Source of the DNA: Octopus bimaculoides
Lineage: Eukaryota
Assembly (NCBI RefSeq): GCF_001194135.2
Contig: NC_068982.1
Coordinates: 110,735,023 to 110,798,366 of the forward strand
Length of the DNA stretch: 63,344 nt
Direction: 5' to 3'
Part shown: in pieces, positions 1 through 13,848 of the stretch
Numbering within the stretch: position 1 is the stretch's first letter
Layout of the letters: every line of letters starts with the position of its first letter
Notes under the pieces: generated by a model
The model's input: only the letters and a program-made list of their open reading frames with translations
Database searches by the model: none
Told to the model about the DNA's origin: nothing
Translations under genes and position numbers: made by a program

Positions 1-36
<36 letters not shown>

Positions 37-1147
37 CTCGAAGGCCATGAGTGATTGAATCTGAAATTTGTGATATTTATGTACGTCTATTTACATTGTA
101 TGCTTAAGTTCCGCCGAGAAAGAATTTAGCTTTCGTCCTCTTGAGGTAGATAAAATAAGTACCAGTCAGGCACTGGACGTCATCTTAATCGACTAAACCA
201 GTCTCCTATTTGTGGCTTCTTTTCAATGTTAGATAGAAATGATTATTAAATATATTTCGATTCGTTTATTTTTCTTTCAACTCGGTATATAAATAAAAAC
301 AACAAACACACTCTCTAGCTTTACAGAGAAGAATATAAATCCAAGATATGGCATTAGGAGAATAAAGCGATTGATATAAGGGATGGTAGTCAGGCCGAAA
401 TAATTTGACTGGAAATATTGCCATCTTGTTCTATGTGGACAGTCTTTTTCTTGCGTAAAATTAATTCCTTTCTACATTTTTTTGCCATTGTGTACGCTTA
501 TTTTTTTGAGATTTAAGATAGACATCCTTTAGCAAGAAAGCTATAAATCCATGGTGAAAGAACATTTAAGAAACCTTGTCGGTGGATTTCGGAAAATGAA
601 ATGAGAATGCTGTTTAGCTTGAATAATATGAGACGAATATCTAAAATTCTTACGGTGAATAGAGAACCAGGGTAGATGCTTAATGCTTATATGATTTCAA
701 ATCCTGCTGAAATCCAGCTTCATATTCATATTTCGTATCACCACTGGTATATGGTTTGAAATTACTAAAAGCATTGTCACAGAGTCAGCACAATGCAGTA
801 AAAAAGAAAAAAAATGTGCTAGAAAAAATATCTTGCATTATTTAGTTAACTCTCATTTCTCCACTGAGTTCACATTTCCTCAAGTTCATTTTAATTTCAA
901 ATGATTCTGGAGTGGTTAAATTGAATACCAGTTATAAACTCGTGCCTGCTCATTCATGGCATCAGTCTTTCATAAATTTGGTGCTTTCTGATAAGGTAAG
1001 GGTTAATTTGATTGAGAGTAATAGAATTTCACGTTTTCAGTTTCTATACATCGATACTTCATGTTACAGTCAAGTACCCTCAGAATATTCGTATATGTTA
1101 CAAACACAAACACACACACGAACATGGTAGCTTCAACTTTGCCGATG

Positions 1148-1180
<33 letters not shown>

Positions 1181-1283
1181 TGTACCTATATATTAGGGAT
1201 ATTTATACATCATTAAATAATAATGACAGTCGCAACCTAAGTATTCATACGCGCCACACAGTATGTATATATATATATATGTA

Positions 1284-1341
<58 letters not shown>

Positions 1342-2008
1342 CATACATACACACGTTTATGCATACATCTATATATACAGTACACGTACACAAAACATCC
1401 ACGTATGGACATATAAATAAACGCATATAGATATTAAAATATATATAGATGCATACTTACTTTCATACACATTCATACAGACACCACATATACACACGTC
1501 ACTAGTTCTTAATTTTCTTTTCATTTCGTGACGAACCGGATATCAAATAAAAAAATATTAGCGCACTTAGTATGGAAAAATAAAAATTGAAGCTATTTTA
1601 AAGTCATGAATTAAAAAAAAAAAAAATTAAGAAATTTTTTGACTTTAGTGTATTCTAAACATACCTTTGTAAAAAAAAAATATGTTTAACACGCTTTTAT
1701 GAAAACACTGAAGCATTAGTATGGATTTTCTAAAGCCTTAAATTATAGTTTTAGTAATCAGGCATGCACTTAAACACACCTTGCGGCGCAAAGTTTGGAA
1801 ATTATTTATATGTATATATACACACATAAATAGGTACGCAAGTACACACACACACGCACACGCCCACACGCGCACATAACCACGCACCTCCATAGGTTAT
1901 TTAAATATTAAAAATATTGGTTGATTTTGTTATGAATTTGTCAAAGGCGATACATATATACATGCATACAAGAATACATACATACATTCATACATACATA
2001 CATATACA

Positions 2009-2054
<46 letters not shown>

Positions 2055-2154
2055 GGATATATATATAAAATATGGATATAGTTAAATGTATTCCTATATG
2101 TATATATATATATATGTGGGTGTGTGTACATACATATATACATAAATATATACA

Positions 2155-2227
<73 letters not shown>

Positions 2228-2389
2228 TATATACATATGTATATATACATATATATATATATACACACACATATACGTACATATATCTATATATCTCTAT
2301 CTATCTATATATATCTATTTATCTATATACATACATATACATACATACATACATACATATATCTATAAAGACACATACACATATACTTA

Positions 2390-2551
2390 TTTTTACGAAG
2401 TTGCTCTAACGTAACTGTAGCTATCAATAATAGCTTGTAATATATGTGAAAAACCCTTGAAATTGTTCAGTTTTTCCTCATAAGGGATTGTTACTCCATA
2501 TATTAGGAGCTATTGTTTATATACATTTACGTTTGAACAATTTCGTAAAAA
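2390..2551. repeat. Degenerate fold-back (imperfect inverted repeat, MITE-like)
   Basis: TTTTTACGAAGTTGCTCTAACGTAACTGTA (from 2390) matches the reverse complement of TACATTTACGTTTGAACAATTTCGTAAAAA (to 2551) with about 4 mismatches in 30. Similarity continues inward (AATAGCT, TAATATATG, CCCTT/AAGGG). Confidence 0.65.
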
Positions 2552-2594
2552 GACTAATGCTATAAATTTCTCAATTATTCAAAATACGATCTAA

Positions 2595-2634
<40 letters not shown>

Positions 2635-3309
2635 GCGAGCGTACACACACATATATGTTTGTCTATATATAATATATGTGTATGTGTTTGTATATAAATA
2701 TATTTACATATATCTGTACGTGCACTTACACTCATATAAACTGTACACTATTATCTTGTTATAGCGTTGGGTTACATCTGTTGATTTTTTTCTTTCCCTG
2801 TTATATTGAAAGGAGAAAGTAGTGGCCGTGTTGAGAATGTTGAAGAGAGAGAAACAATGCACTATACACAGTGATAGATTAGATTGATTGATACATAAAA
2901 ATGCATGTAAGATAGGATGAGAAAGAAAAAAAAAGAGAAAAAAAAAGAGAGGGAGACACAGAGAAAAAGAGATAGAGAGATAGAGAGATAGAGAGAAAGA
3001 GAGAGACTCAACAGCCACCAAACAGTCAAGCAAGCAGACAGCTAAGTATAGGGAGGAATGGAAGAAAGACAGAGCTCTAGATGTAATGTGGTGATCTGAC
3101 AGAGGTATAGAGACATCGCGTATGATAGAGAGAATGATAGGAACAGATAGAGAAAAAATATGAGTGAGAGAGTGTGAAAGAGATTCATGCACGATATTGA
3201 AATAGGACAAGTCGTTGGGAAGTGAAGAGAATAAGTAGAGAGAGATTTTGTTGAAGAGGAAAAAATGGTGGGATATATGTAGATAGTTATATATGTGTAT
3301 GTATATACA

Positions 3310-4581
3310 CAGACATGCAGGAGGTAAATAGACACCTTTAATTTTCAAAATTTCTGATCTAAGCGTCTTAATATGTTTTCAGTGGTATAGAATTTACTAT
3401 GTAATTATACTTTTTCTTTCCAGGTGCCATTATATTAAACATTTGGGAAGAATAAGCATGCCACGCACAAAAAATTCAGCAGAACTGTCAGATTTTCAAA
3501 AAGGTCGTATTGTTGGGCAATCTGAAGCTGGTCTTAGCCAGCGAAAAATTACCGAAAATCTTCAAATTCCTCTTGCTATTGTTAATAGAATTATAGTGCA
3601 ATTCAAAGCCAAGGAAAAGAATCAACAGATTCTCGTCCCGGCCGACCTGGGCCCTCGGAAAGGAAGCTTCGCTATTTGAAGAGAATTGTGGAAAACGAAG
3701 CCCGTTCGAAGGCTTCTGACATTGCAAAACAGCTAGAAATTAGTCCAAGAACGTGTGTTACATATCTACATAAGCATGGGTATTATGGACGAGCAGCTAG
3801 AAGAAAACCTCTCCTTCAACCAATTAATATCACGAAAAGAAAGAAAGTGGCTACGGAGATGTCAGAAAAATCCAGTTCATTTTGGGATAGAACGATTTTC
3901 TCAGATGAATCCAGATTTGCATTATTTTCAGACAGTGGATGTGTTTGGGTCTGGAGGCTTCCCAGTCAAGGATTTGATTTGAAACGAATCGAACCAACTG
4001 TGAAACATGTCGGTATCTCTGTAATGGTATGGGGAGCTGTCACCAGCAATGGTCGTTCTGAACTGATCGAATGCGTTGGAACCATAAACTCTGTAAAATA
4101 CATCGAAATACCTAAGCAAAGACTACTTTCGATGTATTCACACGATAACATAACGAAAAATGAGTTTTTATTCATGGAAGATGGGGCTCCATGCCACGCA
4201 GCGAAAAGGAATCAACAATGGCTGACTGAAAATGGGATCAAAAAGCTTCCTTGGCCGAGCCAATCTTCTGACATAAATCCAATTGAAAATATTTGGAGCA
4301 TACTAGATAGAGCTATACGAAAAACTCGACAGAAACCTAAACCTAAAGATGAATTGTTTCGCTTGTTGCGTGAAAAGTGGGCAGAAATTCCACAAGAGAC
4401 AATCACAAAGCTCATCAGTTCAATGCCAAAAAGAGTTTCTGAATTAAAAACTGCAAAGGGAATATCAACTAAATACTAAAGTATGTAGTCATACCTATCG
4501 ATTACATTTCAATTGTTAGCTTTGCGTATTAAATAAAAGATTTTGAAATTTAAAGGTGTCTATTTACTTCCTGCATGTCTG
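3310..4581 (+). mobile_element. Tc1-family (DD34E) DNA transposon, full length
   Basis: 41-bp TIRs at 3310-3350 (CAGACATGCAGGAGGTAAATAGACACCTTTAATTTTCAAAA) and 4541-4581, 2 mismatches. TA follows at 4582-4583; the left flank reads CA inside a microsatellite. Encloses a transposase reading frame and AATAAA at 4532-4537. Confidence 0.95.
3458..4479 (+). pseudogene. Tc1 transposase, about 340 aa when restored, one 1-bp deletion frameshift near 3611-3613
   Basis: ATG at 3458 (MPRTKNSAELSDFQKGRIVG..., paired-like HTH), GRPG motif after the frameshift, AARRKPLL, IFSDESRF, VMVWGA, FMEDGAPCH, WPSQSSDINPIENIW. 34 residues lie between the second D and the E. TAA ends at 4479. Confidence 0.93.
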
Positions 4582-4617
<36 letters not shown>

Positions 4618-5226
4618 NNNNNNNNNNNNNNNNNNNNNNNNNNNNNNNNNNNNNNNNNNNNNNNNNNNNNNNNNNNNNNNNNNNNNNNNNNNNNNNNNNN
4701 NNNNNNNNNNNNNNNNNATATATACATATATATATATATATAAACACTTACTCACACACACACACACACGCACGACGTGTTGAGGAATACTCATACATCT
4801 AGGACGAGTTCTTTTTTACATCATTTTAAACACTTTTATGTCCATGTTTTAAGAAACTAAAGACTCATAACCGCTACGTGTTATTTCACTTTATATCGTT
4901 TCTTACAGATACGTAATTGTCAATAGCACTAATACTTTCTCACTTTTATGTGTACACTTATTTTTCTATATATGTGATTGATTTTATTATATATTTTTCA
5001 TGTATACACATATATATTCTCATATTTTCTATTTAGTATTGTATACTTTGTTTTTATATCTACCACATCCAGTATTATATTTCAAACAACGAGTATATCG
5101 TTATTCAATCCTTTTTACTGCGTGCTTCATATATACCAAATTTCAAACTCCTGTTTTTGTAATCGTCTGAAGATCGGCAGCGAGAAACTTGTAGTTAAAA
5201 TTTGGGAAGATACAGTCACACACATC

Positions 5227-5477
5227 TTTTATCTTTTACTTATTTCAAGCATTTGACTGTGGCTGTGCTGGGGCACTACCTTAAGGAATTATAGTCATAC
5301 GAATGAATACTTATTTGTTTTAAAGCAAGGTACTTATTCTATAAGTCTGGTTTGACGACCACCGAAGTTACGGGGATGTTAACACACTAACACTGGTTGC
5401 CAAATGGTGGTGGTGAACAAACACAGACGCCAAGCCGCACACACACGTGTATATATGTATATGTATGTGTGTGTTTG

Positions 5478-5528
<51 letters not shown>

Positions 5529-6072
5529 NNNNNNNNNNNNNNNNNNNNNNNNNNNNNNNNNNNNNNNNNNNNNNNNNNNNNNNNNNNNNNNNNNNNNNNN
5601 NNNNNNNNNNNNNNNNNNNNNNNNNNNNNNNNNNNNNNNNNNNNNNNNNNNNNNNNNNNNNNNNNNNNNNNNNNNNNNNNNNNNNNNNNNNNNNNNNNNN
5701 NNNNNNNNNNNNNNNNNNNNNNNNNNNNNNNNNNNNNNNNNNNNNNNNNNNNNNNNNNNNNNNNNNNNNNNNNNNNNNNNNNNNNNNNNNNNNNNNNNNN
5801 NNNNNNNNNNNNNNNNNNNNNNNNNNNNNNNNNNNNNNNNNNNNNNNNNNNNNNNNNNNNNNNNNNNNNNNNNNNNNNNNNNNNNNNNNNNNNNNNNNNN
5901 NNNNNNNNNNNNNNNNNNNNNNNNNNNNNNNNNNNNNNNNNNNNNNNNNNNNNNNNNNNNNNNNNNNNNNNNNNNNNNNNNNNNNNNNNNNNNNNNNNNN
6001 NNNNNNNNNNNNNNNNNNNNNNNNNNNNNNNNNNNNNNNNNNNNNNNNNNNNNNNNNNNNNNNNNNNNNNNN

Positions 6073-6117
<45 letters not shown>

Positions 6118-6288
6118 CATGTTTGTATGTATATTTATATAATTTCTGTCGGTCATATCCACTCATAAGGCTTTAGTCGGATCGAGGCTATAGTTGAAGA
6201 CACTTGCCCAAGGAGCCAAAGTTGTCACGCAGTGGAACTGAACCCGGTACCATGTGGTTGAGAAACAAACTTCAAGTCACACATCCCC
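5227..6288 (-). mobile_element. Composite tRNA/CORE-like SINE with internal (TA)n/(TG)n microsatellite (spans an N gap)
   Basis: Head at 6165-6288 (...GAAGACACTTGCCCAAGG...ACTGAACCCGG on +, MIR/CORE-like). 3' module at 5227-5420. Same order as the ungapped copy at 24541-24950. Confidence 0.7.
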
Positions 6289-6946
6289 ATATAATACATA
6301 TGTGATGTGTTTGTGTGTATGTTTGTAATCTATGCAAGCGCGCGTGTGAGTGTGCATGTGTTTTAATATATCACTAGTTCAACTATCTCAGGTGAGTATA
6401 TAAGAGGTAGTATCAGCGCCAACAATATGAAAACGAAAAGAAAGGACAACAACTGAAATCCTGAATGATGAAAGGTAGTAACTTTAATAAACAATGATGA
6501 AAGTGAAAGGAAGATGAACAACAAAAGGCACAGATAAAAGGCAGTATTGATAAGGTAGCGTATTGAGAAAGTGTGTATATTACGTACAAAGCTATATTGT
6601 CATTACACACGATAGCAGCAGCAACTAATTGAAATAATACTCGCACACATACAAAGATACATGCAAATGCGCGCATACAAAGATACATACAAATGCGTAC
6701 ATACATACGCACACTCATGGAAATAAACATACATACATGTATACACACACTCATACACACATATATATAGAGAGAAACAAATATGAATTAAAAGAAGTAC
6801 TATAACTTTCAGCCTACCCAAATACTCTCTCACCTTCTTACTCGACTCATCAATCTTCCTTTGTATGAATGGAAGTATAAATGTATTTATACGTGTATGC
6901 GTTTTTGCGTGTACCTAGCTAACTATCTATATAGCTGTTTACAATC

Positions 6947-7021
<75 letters not shown>

Positions 7022-7371
7022 GCTAGCTAGCTAGCTAGCTATCTGTTGAGGTTATATCATATCGAGACGATATAAACCCTCAGTATGGAATATCTGTTAA
7101 TATGTGTAAGCAATAGCGTAGCTAGAGTGAGTGCCGCCCGAGCGGCCCTTCTGTTTGCCGCTCCCAGACCCCCACAGAAAACACATATTGCCTACAACAG
7201 ACCCAAAAGCGGTAACCCTTTAAAAGTGCCGCCCCCACTACATACTAGTGTATGTAAAGGTTCACAGGAAAAACGATGGGAGAGAAATGTGTGAAGGGAT
7301 TTCCATCGGTACTATCGGATTTTTCTCCATCAGATTGTATCTGTTCACAGATGTCTACAAAATCTACACGC

Positions 7372-7482
<111 letters not shown>

Positions 7483-7897
7483 AAACATGCACGCATACTA
7501 CAAAAACACGCACAAAGAGAAACACACAAACGCACATACACATCTACATTCCCCGCTATATACAAATTTCTAATTACATTTGGCGTCATACTTTCCTGGT
7601 TCACAATTGCACGTCTTATTTCTCCTAAATTTCATGTATTCTGGGTTCTTAATGCTTCAGCTGTATTTTTGAGGTTATATTTGCATAGAACTTTGGAGAG
7701 ACAAATATGTGGGGGCCTATTGACTTTTCTGAATTCTTTCTGTCTCTCACCAATGTTGCATTCATCTCATGTATCCAATCATGTGCTTTAACTACAGTAT
7801 TAGAGCTTTTTGGCTCTTATTTCTAGCAATGTAGGTGTTCTAACACCGTAGTTACATTTTGTGACAACTATAGTTTTCCTTTTTGGTAAAACATTAC

Positions 7898-7945
<48 letters not shown>

Positions 7946-8383
7946 NNNNNNNNNNNNNNNNNNNNNNNNNNNNNNNNNNNNNNNNNNNNNNNNNNNNNNN
8001 NNNNNNNNNNNNNNNNNNNNNNNNNNNNNNNNNNNNNNNNNNNNNNNNNNNNNNNNNNNNNNNNNNNNNNNNNNNNNNNNNNNNNNNNNNNNNNNNNNNN
8101 NNNNNNNNNNNNNNNNNNNNNNNNNNNNNNNNNNNNNNNNNNNNNNNNNNNNNNNNNNNNNNNNNNNNNNNNNNNNNNNNNNNNNNNNNNNNNNNNNNNN
8201 NNNNNNNNNNNNNNNNNNNNNNNNNNNNNNNNNNNNNNNNNNNNNNNNNNNNNNNNNNNNNNNNNNNNNNNNNNNNNNNNNNNNNNNNNNNNNNNNNNNN
8301 NNNNNNNNNNNNNNNNNNNNNNNNNNNNNNNNNNNNNNNNNNNNNNNNNNNNNNNNNNNNNNNNNNNNNNNNNNNNNNNNNNN

Positions 8384-8414
<31 letters not shown>

Positions 8415-8545
8415 TGTATATTATTCTTGTCATAAGAATTTTCTAAACTTTCAAGAAAGAGAACGTGAACTAACTCATCTTTTGGAATAACTCGAAAGCA
8501 CACACATAGAAGCGCACACAAATAATAGAATAATAACATATAAAC

Positions 8546-8588
<43 letters not shown>

Positions 8589-8596
8589 ACTTTCTT

Positions 8597-8627
<31 letters not shown>

Positions 8628-8910
8628 CTCTCTCTATATATAACTATAGATATACACATACATATACATATACATACATACACACACATACACACACATA
8701 AATATATATATACACACACACCCGCGCACACAAATATTTGTCCACACATACTGAAATAGGGAGTGAGAGAGATAAAAAAGAGAGATACATGTACGAATAC
8801 ACGTATACACACTCCCTCACACGAATCTATGTAAATATATGTATATATGTATAAACATATACATATACATATATATATATATATGTATGAACAAACATAT
8901 ACATACGTAT

Positions 8911-8969
<59 letters not shown>

Positions 8970-9049
8970 NNNNNNNNNNNNNNNNNNNNNNNNNNNNNNN
9001 NNNNNNNNNNNNNNNNNNNNNNNNNNNNNNNNNNNNNNNNNNNNNNNNN

Positions 9050-9090
<41 letters not shown>

Positions 9091-9810
9091 TGTATACACA
9101 TTCATGTGTGTGTGAGCGAGTGTGAATCTATATATATAACATATAAGCGAAGATTATATAATACTCCATCTTTTTGATTTTTCAGCGGTTCGTTATAGAT
9201 TGGGTTAATTTCCGGTGTCAGTGGCTAATTCATTTTTCGTTTCGTTGACCTCTCCTCGACAAGATTTTGACCTCCTCTTCACCTCTGACCTTCAGTTATT
9301 ACTACAAATCCCCTATTTTCATAACTATAACTAGTTTCACGATTAACAGAGCTTGCTGATCATCTCATCTCATGGCAAGGTTAAAGAGCTACGTAACTTG
9401 TTCACAACTTAGGGATTCTAGTGACAAGCTTAGCTCTGCAGTCTGTTGATTCACTATATTAGGATTATGTTTCTTATCAGATGAAAAAAAAAAAGTCGTA
9501 GTATTAGTAGCAGTTGTTGTGGCTTAACCCTTGGTCAATTCCGATCAATCAGATTTTTGATAAAAAGTGTTGAAGCAGTGTTCATCTTGACATTTTTTAA
9601 AAATGTAATGTATCCGGTAGTACGTTAACTTGGAATGGGGGTGACTTGAGATAAATTTAGCTGTTAAATGAGCCACCGTAATAGAGGCATCGTATTTGGT
9701 GCAAAAAGTCGTAGAGAAACTCAAAAAGCAAACTCCAAGAAACCCAAAATAGGACCTAATGTAAATGCTACTTAACAACGTAAAAGCATGGAAACCTCTA
9801 CTGGACACTT

Positions 9811-9990
9811 GATCTGCTAGAAATAGCATCCATGTCTCCGTAGAATCATACCTTACCGTCTTAAAAGAGAAGGGTACTGTAAACAACGAATTCCTAGAAA
9901 TTCTCCAAAAGACGACAAAGTCACGGCTATGATGCCTTTAAGACTATTGAATAACAGTTGATCCAAAGCTAAACAGCAACAACTGCAACA
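9811..9990 (+). repeat. Unclassified dispersed repeat ending in (CAA)n-like tail (GACCTGCTAGAAATAGC...GCTAAACAACAAC family)
   Basis: Diverged copies with the same motif order at about 17865-18050, 41350-41520 and 43070-43250. Confidence 0.5.
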
Positions 9991-10420
9991 TGAACAATAA
10001 CAGTAATAATCAACACCCATTTAGTTTTTCGGTGTCTTTTCAAGATTCAGAAAGAAAAATTATGGTAAATTCGGAGTAAATTCATGTACGATTTTTAACA
10101 TTGACAAAATACTTCATATTCTATAATTAATATTGATGCAATATTATACATTACTTATCCTACCCCTACTGGATGGAAGCGATTAAGTACCATTCCAGCT
10201 ATGTCAGGTACAAATTTTACTATGGACAGATTTCATACAAGTAAAAAGTAAAGATTCAAAAGCTAAGTGTAATTCTTTTGTGTTTCATTTGGCGTCTACA
10301 CCACGTTAAAGTTATTTGTCAAAGCTAAGTTAATTGTTATGATATATGAGGAAATATTACAATGGTTTCAGATCAAGACAGAAGGCCAGCAATTTTGAAG
10401 GGACGGGATTAATCGCCACC

Positions 10421-10452
<32 letters not shown>

Positions 10453-10828
10453 GGCACTCCGTCGCTTACGACGTCGAGGGTTCCAGTTGATCAGGTCAAT
10501 GGAACAACCTGCTCGTGAAATTAACGTGCAAGTGGCTGAGCACTCCACAGACACGTGTACACTTAACGTAGTTCTCGGGGATATTCAGCGTGACACTGTG
10601 ACAAGGCTGACCCTTTAAATTACAGGTACAACAGAAACAGGAAGTAAGAGTGAGAGAAAGTTGTGGTGGAAGAGTACAGCAGGGTTCGCCACCATCCCCT
10701 GCCGGAGCCTCGTGGGGCTTTAGGTGTTTTCGCTCAATAAACACTCACAACGCCCGGTCTGGGAATCGAAACCGCAATGCTATGACCGCGAGTCCGCTGC
10801 CCTAACCACTGGGCCATTGCGCCTCCAC
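10421..10828 (-). mobile_element. Full-length tRNA-derived SINE with (CAA)n tail and 10-bp TSD, nested in an older SINE
   Basis: Minus strand begins GTGGAGGCGCAATGGCCCAGTGGTTAGGGCAGCGG (A box) ... GGTTTCGATTCCC (B box) and ends GGAGTGCC(AAC)n. TSD AATCGCCACC at 10411-10420 and 10829-10838. Confidence 0.88.
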
Positions 10829-11516
10829 AATCGCCACCTAGACTGCAATGAAAGGCAAAGTTGATTTCGTCGAGATTTGAACATTACAGTGTTTGCATCT
10901 ACGCGTTTATTTTGTATCCGTTCTTATTCTTCTTGTTTTATATTCTGAGATAAAGGTTGTTGTCAACACCCATGATATACATGACACTATTCCCATATCT
11001 TTCAATTCAAATAATATCTCCATTTTTTTCTAGAATATTTTCAAAGAATTCTTTTATTTTAACCAGTCTTTTTATATGTTTTTAGCGCTTCCTCAACCTT
11101 ACAACTAATTATTCTATTTCTTGGTTCTTGTTTTTTTAAAAAAGATATTTAAATATCTATACCATTTTTGAGAATGTAATATTCTGTTTCCACTGATATT
11201 TGCTTTTCGTATCTAAAACTATTTGTTCTTTTTATTCTACTTTAGCGTTCCGAGATATATAACTATAACCACTGTTATGATATCTTAGACTGGATGACAT
11301 ATGTGTAGTTTCAGATCTAAATTTTCTTTAGAGTCACAATTACTGGATCTCTCTGATTATTGAGTTCTTGTGTCCATATTAATTAGAAGAGTCCTTGGAA
11401 GGATAACATCTTTAAAAAAACCAGGTTGTTGGAGAATGTGTGCGAAACATTTGTTGATTCTATCATAGATGTAACAGCGGAGGATTAGTTAGTTTATATA
11501 ATCAATAACGAGGCCA

Positions 11517-11549
<33 letters not shown>

Positions 11550-11551
<2 letters not shown>

Positions 11552-11702
11552 AACGAAGAGCTTCTTTAAGTTCTACCAGATCCACTCACAAGGCTTTGCT
11601 CAGCCCGAGGCTATAGTAGAAGACATTTGCCCAAGGTGCCACGAAGTTGGACTGAACCCGGAACCATGTGGTTGGGAAGCAAGCTTCTTACCACACAGCT
11701 AT
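11550..11702 (-). mobile_element. tRNA/CORE-like SINE head, ending at (TA)n
   Basis: GCTATAGTAGAAGACATTTGCCCAAGGTGCCACGAAGTTGGACTGAACCCGGAACCATGTGGTTGGGAAGCAAGCTTCTTACCACACAGC on +; homologous to 6165-6288 and 24790-24950. Confidence 0.8.
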
Positions 11703-12189
11703 TCCTAATATATATATATTAGAAATAAATCTGGGTCGATAAGGCACGTGAAAAATGTCACAATAACTATTTCCAGCAGTCTTTACAGCGAAATCAAGCA
11801 TTTTCATGTCGTCTGTGTGGAAAAATTTGTAAATCTGTCGCTGGACGAGAGAATGATTTCCGATTTTCCGATCATACAACTCGTAGACTGCCTCTCACTA
11901 TCTGTTAATTTTATACTGTAAATATTCAGCTCCATAATACCTGCGAGCTTATGTGTTGTCGGTTTTTAACTAGTTTGTTACCCATGTTTAGTGTGTGTGT
12001 GTGTGTGTGTTTATGTAGAATGAGCAGGAATAGCACATTTGGTGAGTACATAACCTGTGCTAATTCTATAAACACCAACAGATGAAAGTAAGTCTAAGCA
12101 TAAAATAAAGACTTTAAAATTATGCAGATCTTAATAATTATGTAAAAATTATGTAAACCGTATGACAATTTTAATTTCATCGTCTTGGA

Positions 12190-12475
12190 ACTTTTGTTGT
12201 CGATTGCAGAAAAAAGTATGGCTACGTAGTTGCAAGCAAGCAAACACCATCTCACTATCCTACCTTTGATCTAGCGTGACATTGAGGATGTGCTAGCTGG
12301 AAGGAAAGAAAACTATTACAGCATTAGGCGGGAAATTATTTTCAGTTCGGTAGGACGGAGCAATGTGAAAGGAAGTGACTTGTTGAAAGAGACGACGCAC
12401 TACCTGGTCCAGGAATAGAACTCACAACTTATCGTAAGCCCAACAACCCCAACCACTAGGCCAGGCGCATTCACT
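12190..12475 (-). mobile_element. Degenerate tRNA-derived SINE
   Basis: Eroded head (CCAGGAATAGAACTC...CCAACCACTAGGCCA on +) similar to the heads of the 10.4-kb and 20-kb SINEs. Confidence 0.45.
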
Positions 12476-12536
12476 AGCACAGAGTACTTTATACAATACT
12501 TTGCACAATGAAAACGCACTCATTCGTGCGCTCACA

Positions 12537-12604
<68 letters not shown>

Positions 12605-13389
12605 TATATACACACACGCATACATATATATACACACACGTATATACACACACATGCACACACACACACACACAAATATATAAATATACGTAAGTACATG
12701 CACAAATATACATTGAACATGCATAAGCCATCAGAGCTACCCTCGGTCATATGTTGAAAGCACATCGCAAATATTGAAATGAAGATCACGATTATGGTGG
12801 TGGTGATGATGATGACAACGACGACGACGATGATGATGATGATGAAGATTATGATGGAGGCGGTGGTGGGAAGGTGTGGTTTGGCGAGGGTAACTGTGAT
12901 AATAGTGGTTTCTAACTTTAATCAAGTTTAATCAAGAATTTATCGGTGAGAGAAAGCAGTAGATTATATTGATCACTAATAAAGTATGTCTTAATATAGT
13001 TTATCGACTTCTGGAATAACAGAAGACGAAATTGACCTCGGCAGCATTTGAAATCGGAACATCAAGAGATACAACTAAATACAGCAAATTATTCTGTTTC
13101 TCACTTTACCGTCTAAAAGTCTCACCACCAATCAGTACTTTCCTTCTACTTTTAATCTTACAACCATAGGGGAAGTATATTATTTTCAACTATTACAAAA
13201 TTCTGAGTGCGATTAATCAAATATCATTAGATTAAGAACAGTCTTTAATAAGCCCAGAGGTGTATAGTGCCAACCAAAACTCTAGATACGACTGCCTAGT
13301 AGTATGCCGATTGAAGAAAACTGACTACCAAACACACAAATATGATGAAAGTATGTATGGGTATTTATATATGTATATGTATACATGTA

Positions 13390-13427
<38 letters not shown>

Positions 13428-13791
13428 NNNNNNNNNNNNNNNNNNNNNNNNNNNNNNNNNNNNNNNNNNNNNNNNNNNNNNNNNNNNNNNNNNNNNNNNN
13501 NNNNNNNNNNNNNNNNNNNNNNNNNNNNNNNNNNNNNNNNNNNNNNNNNNNNNNNNNNNNNNNNNNNNNNNNNNNNNNNNNNNNNNNNNNNNNNNNNNNN
13601 NNNNNNNNNNNNNNNNNNNNNNNNNNNNNNNNNNNNNNNNNNNNNNNNNNNNNNNNNNNNNNNNNNNNNNNNNNNNNNNNNNNNNNNNNNNNNNNNNNNN
13701 NNNNNNNNNNNNNNNNNNNNNNNNNNNNNNNNNNNNNNNNNNNNNNNNNNNNNNNNNNNNTGGATATATAAAAATATACCTTGTATACACA

Positions 13792-13848
<57 letters not shown>

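Noticed and set aside
7047-7082. Small hairpin TGAGGTTATATC...GATATAAACCCTCA, possible Helitron end
   Set aside because: Bulged and short, no CTRR terminus at the expected distance, and a single occurrence.
10750-10828. tRNA gene
   Set aside because: The tRNA-like head continues into a SINE body with tail and TSD, and there is no complete cloverleaf or terminator. The same applies to the other A/B-box heads.
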